A stretch of 64,000 nt of DNA from Heteronotia binoei (taxonomy: Eukaryota). Below the pieces are notes generated by a model. That model made no database searches. It saw only the letters and a list, made by a program, of their open reading frames with translations, and was not told the origin of the DNA. Below, piece after piece: positions 49,551 to 60,251 of this stretch. The translations under genes were made by a program, and so were the position numbers. The first letter of the stretch is position 1. Each line of letters begins with the position of its first letter. The stretch spans positions 252,340,001-252,404,000 of the forward strand of contig NC_083223.1 of assembly GCF_032191835.1 (NCBI RefSeq), given 5' to 3'.

Positions 49551-52186
49551 TGGCATACAGTCCGATCTAAAAAACTTGCTCCCAAGGCCCCAAGTTTTAT
49601 TTTTTACATGCTGAGCTTGGATTCTGAAGAGAAACATTCCTGGCTCTTCTTCCATGTCTGTATTTCCACACAGCACCAAGCTTTAAGCTATGCAAAATGT
49701 GTTCACCCTCAGAGCTTTCATCAGAGGGCATGGCTACTCAAGTTATTTCTGCTGCGCCTCACCGGCATTGTGTGCCACATGTATATGCTGCTCTGGCCTT
49801 TGATTTCACTTAAGGATTAGTCCACTTACAATTGCTACCTGATGGTTGAAAGTTGGGGAGAAGGAAGATACTTTCTATTTTGGTACTATTTTCCAATTTA
49901 TATGTAAACATTCCGTAACCTTTTCTCACACTAAATTACTATCAAAGTTTTTGTGTTATCTGACAGCAAATCAGTAGGCTATGGAAATTCGCAAGCTGGG
50001 AAAATGTGATTCATAGGAAGCAATAACATACTGTAAACTGCACTGAAGTTATGTTCTACAGCATCACCTTGATTTACTTCATTCATCTGGTTGACCCATT
50101 CAGTTGGAAGGGAGGTTAACGATAATATTCTCCAAAGATATTCTTTGTTTTCTAGGCACATCGCATTTTGATTAACAACAATAAATACAGACTCACTAAA
50201 AGCCAGAGGAAATGTAGGGCCGGATTATACAGAACTCACACAAGACTCATAGTTCAGGAAAAACATTTCATCTCAAACACAGCATTCCAACAGATCTTTA
50301 CAGAAAGAAAGCTGAATTAAAAACAGTGCTGGAGTTCCATTCAAGAGATCCATGTCAGCAACCTGATAAGCTTGTGCTCCCAATACTTTCGGAGGCAGTT
50401 CTTTAATTGTAATTTCTATCAAGGATAATGACTTTAACACTGACAGCTCATTTGACATGAGTTTTTTTTAAGGCTTGCAACAACACATTAGTACTTCTGA
50501 ACTTTGCTGCTACCTTATTCAATTGCAGCTCCCACAAAACCAACCATTCCTTTCCATATAGCTTTCAGAACAATATCAGAAACATCTTTTCCAACTGCAA
50601 TGAAGCCATCCTGGATTGTATTTATAAATGTATTGGCATGTTTACAAAAGTAAGATGGACTAGTAATCACAGAATACTAAACAGCTTCTAAAGGAAGTAC
50701 AACTTTGTATTCCTTGATAAAACTCAAAATACCGGTTCCCCTGGAACTTCCACTAGTGCAGGTACATAACATCCTACAGGCTTTCAATGTACCATGGCAG
50801 ACCCTTCCACAGTTGCCTGTGGAACAGAAATCAGGATATTTCCTTTTTGGAATCCCTGTTACTTCAAGAATGGTCCTGAATTCAAGCACAGGAGGAGAAG
50901 AGGTGGAATAATTCCTGCCATTAATTTCTTATGAATTGAAATGCTGTTTCCTGGGGCCAGAAGGATATAACTATGGGATTGGATAATTAGTGGCAGCTCC
51001 ACATATTCCATTTACTGAGTCTAAATTATCTACTCCCGTTTTACATGAGCCCTTCCCTTTTTCAGATCCTGAGGGATGCCTGTTATAAACATTTTTCTGA
51101 ACATTTTAACCAGCCTTTACAGATTTAACTCTGTGGACCACAATCATTAAGCATTCCTGAGCCAGTTAAAGCACACTTCCAAAAGCTCACAAAATCATGT
51201 TCCTTATAGTTCTTCTCATGCCACACAAAATTCAACAAATTTCTAACAGTCACAAAGTCATCACAAAATCATAAGTTCCAGCTACTCCAAAGTGCAGCAC
51301 AGCAGCAGTTTTCCCACAGAATATCCTTCAACCATACAATCCGGAGGAGGACAACGGTTTAATCGTTTATTGTGTGCTGCTTTACAGTTAGGAGGATAAT
51401 TATGGCAAACTACACTGCCAAAATTAGGGAAATGCAGCACAGGCTGGAGTGGCAAGACTCCGGAATCCAAAGTCTTGCAGCTTGGATCAATGCTTTGGAA
51501 CAAGCGCTAAACTCCCGTTACCCAGCCTTGTCAGGAAACCTGTGGAACCATGGGGGAGAAGGAAGGCCAGGAGGCCCTTCTTCAAGCCATACTTACCCCC
51601 ACCCTTGGCAGTCAAGGCTGAACACCCCTTACACTACTCAGGGGCCACACAGGGGAGCCATCCCCACATTCCCATCTCTGGCACCATCACATGGTAAGGG
51701 GCCACTCAGGTGTGCGAGGTGCTGCCCTGACTCAAAATTTTCTGACCCCCTCCCCAAAATCCTGAGTCAGGGAAGACACTGTTTTCTGACAGGGAGCCCT
51801 CAGTATCGGCAAAGGCAAGAAAAGTCTGAGGCCACATTTTGGAACAATCATCTACCCCTGCCAATTTGGAACCACTGGTGGCTCACCCAGTTTTACATTT
51901 ATTAAAAGGGAATTTCAATCCCTCTCAAATTATCCCTTAAAGGGCCAATCCCCTGAAAATGGGCCAATCCCTTAAAAAGGGTATCCAAAAATGTTCTCAC
52001 CTATCTTCCATCACCTCAGTGCCTCAAGACATCAACGTGGTTCCCCCCCCCCCCAAAAAAATCTCCTGTTACTAAAACCTCTTCAAGGGACACACAACTT
52101 TTCATGCGGCCTGAGATCAGGAGTGTGGCCTCAAAGGTTCCAGGTGCCATCCAGTCATCCTTAGCTCAGGCCACTGACCAGAAGGT

Positions 52187-52203
52187 GTCCCATCTGGTCG
52201 CCA
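52187..52203 (-). other. Primer-binding site complementary to tRNA-Arg
   Basis: TGGCGACCAGATGGGAC, 4 nt after the LTR end (...TTACA); one base shorter than TGGCGACCCAGATGGGAC, the tRNA-Arg(CCG) complement as recalled. Confidence 0.8.
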
Positions 52204-52490
52204 AAATTGTAATACAAAGGGTTCTGTTCTGGTGTGCCCGTCCCCATTAGACACAACAGGCGACATTGCCCTTATATAACGTTGCATCTGTCAATCATTT
52301 CTGAGCAGCCTCAATACATAGTTTCCTTATGTGGCAAGCATTTGAGCGGGAAACCAGTCACTATGAAAAACATGTAAATGAGAAGCCTTTCCCGCCCAAT
52401 CTTTCAATGTGGAGAAGAGATCGTGTGTGTGTAGTTTCCTCTGAAGCAAAGTCCAGGCACGTTTCAGACCAACCAAAAAAAATTCCAAGG

Positions 52491-52753
52491 TGTAATGTAC
52501 TGAGTGACTAGACGTGTTGAAGGCAACATGCTTTATTAGCGAGTTCATCACAAAGCGAGGCAACGTGGGCCTGGTCGATTATATACATACCCCAACAACC
52601 CTCAGTCTGGCCAGGTCCAATCCTGGCCAGTTAAACTTCCCGCCACAGATCTTGATTGGCGGAGCGTATTTGCCGAGGTACATCCGGGACCAGTGGTGAC
52701 CCCCCTAGCGTCTGCCGTGTTGTACTTTCGGGACTGAAATGCAAGACACAACA
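52491..52753 (-). mobile_element. Gypsy solo LTR related to the LTR at 59966-60238
   Basis: TGTAATGTAC...ACAACA; 5-bp TSD CAAGG; shares tccaatcctggcc and aaacttcccgccacagatcttgattgg with the other LTR. Confidence 0.9.
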
Positions 52754-53049
52754 CAAGGCATTTTATTCAATTTTTTTATTCACGGTGCTTCTAGAGTCTG
52801 GAGACAAATCTAAAGGTTTGTTTCGTGTTTTTGTTTCCCAGCAGCAAGGACAGCGCTCAGCACAGGCGCGCTTGGATTAGAAGGGTCTGCATAGAAAACT
52901 CCGCCGGCTCCCTTCCCGGACCTTTCCTCTTCCATTTCACGTGGGCTGCGATCACACATTCTAAAATAGATAATGCACTTTCAATCCACTTTCTAACTGG
53001 ATTTACTGTGTAAACTGGCAAAATCCAGTTGCAAAGTGCATTATTTAGC

Positions 53050-53800
53050 ATGCGTGATTTATCTCAGCCAAGGTAGGCACTCCAATTCCAACGCGACACC
53101 CGAGGCGCTGCCCCTCCACGCCGAACGGGGCGTCGTCACAAAGAAGCCGAAAGGGCTGCTTCTTTCCGGGCGACCGCGTTTGTTGCCGCCCCTTGCCCTG
53201 CCTTCCGCAGCATGGGCGGCTTCGAGGAGGTCCCCGCGGGCACTTGCCAGGAGATGTGCCCAGCCGGCGAGCTGGTGCGGCGGCGGCGCCAGAAACGGCT
53301 GCACATCTTGGAGCTGGGGCCGCCCGAGCAGGCGGTGAAGGAGTACTCACGGCCTGCCGCCGGCAAGGAGTGCCCGCGGCCAGAAGAGTTGCGTCCGCCG
53401 CCAGTGCTGCTGGCCACGGTGCGGCACCTGCTGGGCGAAGCGGCCCGCCGGCGTCCCGACGTGTCCGCAGCGGAGCAGTGCGCCTTCATCACCGACCGCC
53501 TGCGCGCCGTGCGCCTCGACCTCACGGTGCAGCGTGTGTCCGGCCTGGCCTGCGCTGCAGTCCTCGAGCGCTCCCTCGTCTACCTGCTCCGCGCAGGACA
53601 CCAGCTCTGCGGGGAGCCAGCGGCCCGCTTCGACGCCCACTTGCACCGAGCCCAGGTCCAGGAGTGCTTCGCCGCCCTGCGCCGAGCCTACCGGCACGAG
53701 GAGGACGACCGCGCCGCCGCCCAGCCCCTCTTCCAAGCGCTCTTCTTGCTGTACAACTTGGGTAAGCGGAGGGAGGCTGGGCCGGGTGGGTAGGATGGTG
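53050..53800 (+). promoter_or_regulatory. SAC3D1 CpG island
   Basis: High CpG density covering the promoter and exon 1. Confidence 0.75.
53212..53761 (+). CDS. SAC3D1: SAC3D1 exon 1 (SAC3/GANP domain)
   Basis: GTCQEMCPAGE, AVKEYSRPAAGK, LRPPPVLLATVRHL, FITDRLRAVRLDL; donor G|GTAAGC. Confidence 0.95.
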
Positions 53801-54601
53801 GGCAAGATTTGTGATGGGAGAGGTGCCTGGGTCCGTCCAGCGTCCCACTGTCGCAGTCTCCCGGTGGCCTCAGAGAGCGCCATTCATTCCCTTCCCGGCC
53901 CCTATGCAGTGCAGGAATAATCAGACTGGTCTGTCTTGCAGGATTGTTGTACGGATTGCATGAGAATGTGTGAGAAGGGCTTTGAAGTGGCTTCAATCGA
54001 ACGGGAAGCAACCTCCCCATTGCCTTTGTTTTGGCAGTAAACTCTCATCACTTAACAGTGTGTGGGAACGTGGGAGGGATGAAACCTCTCAACACCCCTC
54101 TCCCTCTCCACAGGGTACATCATTTCACCGGGCATGCTTCCCCATGGATCTATATGTGGGCGCTCTTTCCTGGCTGCACATCATAGGTGTCTGCAAAGAC
54201 TGTGGCCTTCTCAGTATTTTTATAGCTGTTTGGTTTATCTTGCTAGGCAGCTTACAATGCAAATGTAAATCAAACTGCTATAAAAATACTGAAAAAAACC
54301 AGTCTCTCCACTAAGCTGCCTTGTGACTCAATAAAAGAAGCTGCGGCGCTCAGTTTACCTGAGCAAGGCTGTTAACGATAGGATGTTTGGGATGTCATTA
54401 ATGTATAGCAAAGTAGAAAGGCAGCTAATAAATGTGTTAAATAAATAAGCAAATAATAAAATAACTAAATAAAACATTCAGCTTTAGGATCCAGTCAAGT
54501 GTTCCAGGAAATCTCCTGGGATGTCCCCGTGCAAATGCTGACTGTAAGGACTGGAAATAGCACCAATGTGACTTTGTGTTATTTTCCTCTCCTATCCACA
54601 G

Positions 54602-55065
54602 GTGCCCCAGATGCTCTCTGGCAGATTTTACAGCTCCCCAATCACATCCGAGCTTCCCCTGAACTTTCCACAGCACGAGCGATCAACTTGGCTTACTTGG
54701 AGCACAACTTTGCCCGCTTCTTCCGCCTGGCTCGGAAGCTGCCCTACCTGCAGAGCTGTGCCCTCCATCCACACTTGGCCAGGGCCCGTCGCCTAGCCCT
54801 GCTCACCTTCAGCCATGGCTTCAGTAGCAGGAACTGCCGCTACCCTTTGGATCGGCTGGCCCACCTGCTAGCTGTAGACAGCCTTGAGGAGGCTGAGGCA
54901 TTGTGCCAGGCACAGGGTTTGACGATGCTGGAGGGAAGTGTCATCTTCCAGAAAGGATCTTTCAAGGACTCTGGTCCCCTAAATCACAGCCCTTCGTGCC
55001 TGCTTGTAGATAGGAAGTGGGGACAGACCACTCTTCAGGAGTTCACAGAGGGTGTCTGTAGCTGA
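54602..55065 (+). CDS. SAC3D1: SAC3D1 exon 2 to stop
   Basis: NFARFFRLARKLPYLQSCALH...RRLALLTFSHGFSSRNCRYPL; total 1014 nt = 337 aa. Confidence 0.95.
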
Positions 55066-58000
55066 ATGGAAAGACCAACATCTGTTCTGAGGGGTGGTGT
55101 TGTCCCCCTTGGTCATCCCAAGTTGTGGTTGTCTCTACATAGGTGGCAAAGTGAGGTGGGAGAATGGATTCTTTTGTTTCCATGAGGCAGAGTGATGTAG
55201 GCCTCATTTTGCTGACCGTTTGCACTAGGTGCAGAGAAGGAAGGAACCATTGGGTGGCTTTGGACAACCATTTACCTCACTGGGATGGCTTAATTGGTAA
55301 CACGTTGTGAGGGTACCTGCCCACCTCTTCCTTCTTTTGTGTAGATTTGGAGGGACAGCCACCACATTCTGTCTTGTGGTTCAATTCCCTGTCCAGGGAG
55401 CTGCTATCAAAGCCTTTAAGCCAAGAAAAAGGCACGGGCCTCAGGGCTATCTGGTGTCAAAGGGTGCTCTTGCTTTCTTTTCAGGCCAGCACTCTGCTTT
55501 GGCAGTGAGGTATGTCTGGCTGCTGGAAGCAATTTTGCCTGCCTACACACTACTAGGTGCCTCATGCAAGACTTTGGGGGTGTGAAGAGATGCTTCCTAG
55601 TAGGAATGCTGAGTAAGAGTAACACACCTTCCTTTCTTGTGGTGTGTTCTTGTTTGGATTTTGAGCAACTGAGACTTAGCTAAGCTTTGAGAGAAGGAGG
55701 AAATGCAGCAGAGAATGGAATTATGAACATAATAACACAAGAGAAGCAATGTTGGATCAGGCCAATGGCCCATCCAGTCCAACACTCTGTATCACACAGT
55801 GGTCAAAAACCAGGTGCCATCTGGAGGTCCATCAGCGGGGCCAGAACTCCAGAAGCCTTCTCACTGTTGCCCTCTAAGCACCAAGTAAACAGAGTGCCAC
55901 TACACCAGACATGGTGTTCCAGCCAAAGGGGCGTGAGCACACATTATTCTCTTCCACAGTGACTGTTCTTAAAATATGATAGCTCTTCTGAAGTGTTCTC
56001 TAAACTAAATCTTTTTTCTTTGCAAAAGTGTATTCATTCTTTTCCATTGCCTCTTTCCAATAAGATACAGTTCCAAGTAGATGCAGGAAACTCCTGTTCA
56101 GGGGATCCTTCACATGCTAGACTTCTTGGGAGTCAATCCACAAGCACTGGAATCAGTTTGGACATGTTTCTGTCACATGTCTGCTCTCTACATTTTCACC
56201 ATTGTTGGGTCAGTTTATTTTTTTTCTGCATGTACCTTAAATAATCAGGATTTTCAAGGGAAGGTACTGTTGTTATTGGTGACATCAATGATGGTGTCAC
56301 AGCACACACACACACACACACTCCAAACATGTCAATATAGCATTGTAGATAGGCTTAGCAGGTTCTATGAATTCCTAGCTTTCATTTTTTTTTTAAAAAA
56401 AAGGTAAATCTTTACTTGCTTCCTTCATGGAGATATAAGGAGGAAGGGGATAGAGCTTTACTTTTTAAAAAAATGAAAGCTGGGAACCTGCTAGGCGTAT
56501 CATTATGATGCTATTTTAGTGCCTTTGAAAATAAAAATCAAAACCACTTGTCTTCAGGGTGGGCAGAGAGGGAGTGGGTTGATAGTCCAATCATTGGAAG
56601 GGTGGGATGGCATTGAGCAGGAGGGACAAAACCACAGGAAGGAAAGGAAAAAGCTGACTCAAAATCAGCTTCCAGAACCGGAGGTGGGGGGCAAAAAACA
56701 AAAAGGCACAAAAATGTGCACAGAAATCAGGGTACGCTGAAGCAATATAGGGAAGGACTGATGGGAAATGCAAAAAAGCTATATGTTTAGCAGTAAAGCG
56801 GGGTGAGGATAGGCATGCTTGAAGAAACTTCTGCCTAAATAGGTGGCTTTCTTGACCACCTGTTCACAGAGGATACCTTTCTTTCTCTCTCTCTCTGCTT
56901 CTGAACTTTGTTTTGCCATCCAATCTCATATCTCCAGTTTCTCCCTAAACTAACTAACCTTTTGGTCCATCTCTTGCTTGACTATTGCAAAGCCCTCTTC
57001 TTTGACCTTCTCACTCTCCTCTAGCCAGCAATCTGCCATCAAAATCATTCACTACTGCTGTTATTATAAATGACTGTTCATGAAGTAATGGCACTATATG
57101 TATCTGCTTACTTACCTCATTGGCTATATGTTATTTGTTGTTATTTAAGATTAATAAAACTTTATTATTTAAAAAATCGTTCCCTACTTTTCTACTTCTG
57201 AAAGTGTGGCACCCCTCCTCAAATCCTTAACATTGGCTGCCTTGCCTTCAAGCTCTCTGTGGTCTTGCCACCCCCCATCTCCCTACTCTCATATCCCAGT
57301 TTGTGACCCTTAGCCAACTCCTCCCTTTCTGCCCCTAATGTCTGGAATTGCTTTCCAGAACACCTTTGTGAAGCCTACTCTTACTTCCTTCAAATCCTCC
57401 TGTAGGGACCCATTTTTCCCCATGAAACCTTTGGCACAAAGTCTTCCTTGATGAAACTATGCGTAATTGAAATTCAACCACAGCCTTGCATTTGTCAAAT
57501 GTTAAGCATCTCTGGGTGGGGATCCACCTAAACATCAAGTATGCTGCAAATAAGTTGCTTGAGCTTCTATTTCTGACAAAGCTCCGAGTCAAACTAGCTG
57601 CCAGAGGGATCACTATCCATTTCTCAGTGCCCATGATGGGAGTTGCTCTACCCACACATCTCTTTGTTGCTCCAACTGTGGTCAAATAGAGATAAAAATG
57701 ATAGAATGGGTGGCATAAGACATTTATATGCAAATGAGTTGCAGCTGCGGCCAATCCGCTAGAAGGATGCAGATTCACCAGCCGCTGATTAAAGCCTTTT
57801 CAACCCCGGCCCTGGCCTGGTGGAATCAGCTCCCTATGGAAATTTGGGCCCTACTGGACTTACTACCCTTCCAAAGGGCCTGCAAAACAGAGCTATTCCA
57901 TCAGGCTTTTGGTTGAGGCAAGCGGGCATCCTTACCTTACTGCTTATATTGAACAGACCTCCCTGTGCTGATCAATTATTTGGACTGCTAGATATCAGGC

Positions 58001-59269
58001 CTACAGCTATGAAATCTGTGACCCCTATGATATTTATATCTTAATTTATAAAACGCGCTGTACCATCCATGCTGCATATTTTGATTGTTTGTTGATTGTT
58101 TTATGGTTTTATTGTTGGATTTTTACTGTTTTATCATGCTTGTGATCCGCCCTGAGCCCATTATGGGGAAGGGCGGACTATAAATCTACTAAAAAAATTA
58201 ATAAATTAATGAATACAATATAGAGTTGATTGTTATCAGCGTATTGATGACACTCAAACCCCAAAGAGCTGTTCAATGACTGTTTCAGCATCCTGAACAG
58301 TGGTAACTTTTACTCTCTCAAACAACTCTTCCCTATTAAAAAGCTTAAGATCCTTCCTAAGGAATGCCATATTAACTATATTATCCTGACATATAAACAT
58401 ACGCTGTTGATAGACTCCCAGAAACCTCTGCAATGCTGCCTCTAACTTTCTTAGAATCCCTCCTCATAACTCACCTTTCCCACAGAAAATCTTGGCCAAA
58501 ATTAAGCTTGAAGATGAATAACAAAAGATGCTTTCACTGGTCTCCTTTGCATTATATCTTTATATGGTCAGGGCAAGGACCAGTTTGCTATGCACCATGC
58601 ACACTGATGTAGCATTATAAATAATCATCATATACCCCTACTGCAGTCCATCTGAAGAAAATGGCTGCTTTGGAAGGTAGACAGTCTACCATAGACTCTA
58701 TATGGCATCATACCCTATTGAAGAAGTCTCCAAATTTCCGGGTATTTCCCAACCAATGTTCCCTCTAAGCTGAGTTAGTGTGAGCTAGCTCACAATTTTT
58801 TAGCCTCCAACTCACACATTTTTGTCTCAGTTCAGGAAAAATGACCCTAGAACAAACTAATTTATGCAGTAGCTCACAATTTTAATGCCAGTAGCTCACA
58901 ATAGTAGAATTTTTGCTCACAAGACTCCACAGCTTAGAGGGAACATTGTTCTCAACCCAGACTGATAACCCTAAACTGGATTCATTGATGTAGTTAGGCC
59001 AAGATAAAATGCAGCCCAAACAAGATGTAGATTGAGAAGGCTGATCTGCTGGAAGGTGCTGATTTAAGGATAATCTTCAAATTAGCAGATTAAATAGTAT
59101 TGTTTTTACTGCAGCCTGAAGAATTTTTTTGGAACATTTTATGCTGGGCCACTCACAGCAAGAGACAGGAAGTGTGGGAATAACTTTTTTTGGCAGTTCG
59201 GTAATGTTCAGTGTTTCATTGTCTTAGATATCCCTCACTGTGTAATCACACTAGACTATATAATGGTGC

Positions 59270-59930
59270 TATTTGATTCTTTTTCACCTAGAGTATTGTG
59301 TTCACTTTTGGGCACCATCATTTAAGAAGGATATAGACAACCTAGAATATGTCCAGAGGAGGGCAACAAAAATGGTGAGGGGTCTGGAGACTGAGTCCTA
59401 TATGAAAAAAGATTGAAGGAGCTGGGTATGTTTAGCCTGGAGAGATGAATGAGAGCTGATATGACAACCATCTACAAGTACCTGAAGGCCTGTCATGCAG
59501 GAGTGGCCAACGGTAGCTCTCCAGATGTTTTTTGCCTACAACTCCCATCAGCCCCAGCCATTGGCCATGCTGGCTGAGGCTGATGGGAGTTGTAGGCAAA
59601 AAACATCTGGAGAACGACTGTTGGCCACCCCTGATATAGAGGATGGTGCAAAATTGTTTTCTGTGACCCCAGAAGGTCAGACCAGAACTAACAGTTTGAA
59701 ATTAATTTAAAAAAAAAAAACCAACTGACCAAACATTAGGAAGAACTTCCTGACACAGTGGTTCCTCAGTGGAACAGGCTTCCTCGGGAGGTGGTGGGCT
59801 CTCTTTCTTTGGAGGTTTTTAAACAGAGGCTAGATGGCCACATGACAACAATGCTGATTTTGTGAATGAACTTAGGCAGATCATGGGAAGGAGGACAAGA
59901 AGGGCTGCATCAGTGCTTAGTTCTCGTGGC
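59270..59930 (+). mobile_element. CR1 3' fragment interrupted by a palindromic MITE (59498-59633)
   Basis: agtattgtgttcacttttgggcaccatcatttaagaagg...; the MITE has inverted arms caggagtggccaac / gttggccacccctg. Confidence 0.8.
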
Positions 59931-59965
59931 CCTGTCTTACATATCTTAAGGAAGCGCTGCTCACC

Positions 59966-60238
59966 TGTAATGTACTCGGAGACAAGATGTGTTGAAGACA
60001 ACATACTTTATTAGCTGGTACATCACAAGATGGGAACGCGGGCCGGGACCCGCTTTATATACACTTTATCCTGGAACAGCCCCTGGACTGCCCAGTCCAA
60101 TCCTGGCCCGTCAAACTTCCCGCCACAGATCTTGATTGGTGGGGACCTTTCGCGCGCTGCGCCCGGTGACCTGGGGATTCCCCTGGTTGCCTCTGATGCA
60201 GGACCGCGTGGTGCTTTCATTCAGCACAAGATGCTACA
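59966..60238 (-). mobile_element. Gypsy 3' LTR
   Basis: TG...CA ends; polypurine tract immediately adjacent (60239-60250, AGGGGGGGGAG on minus); AATAAA and TATA on minus. Confidence 0.9.
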
Positions 60239-60251
60239 CTCCCCCCCCTAG

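Larger units (their letters stand above)
46840..52372 (-). mobile_element. Degenerate class-I-like endogenous retrovirus with a rearranged interior
   Basis: Direct repeats 46840-~47090 and 52208-~52372; PBS at 52187-52203; integrase C-terminus ~48490-48925; purine tract 48162-48171. Confidence 0.85.

Noticed and set aside
51390-51404. Perfect Shine-Dalgarno-like AGGAGG-6nt-ATG suggesting bacterial DNA
   Set aside because: Embedded in a vertebrate ERV with no operon-like ORF density; a chance hexamer
55066-59950. NAALADL1 terminal exons expected from human synteny
   Set aside because: No matching translation found on the minus strand; the region is mostly L2/CR1 fragments and MITEs
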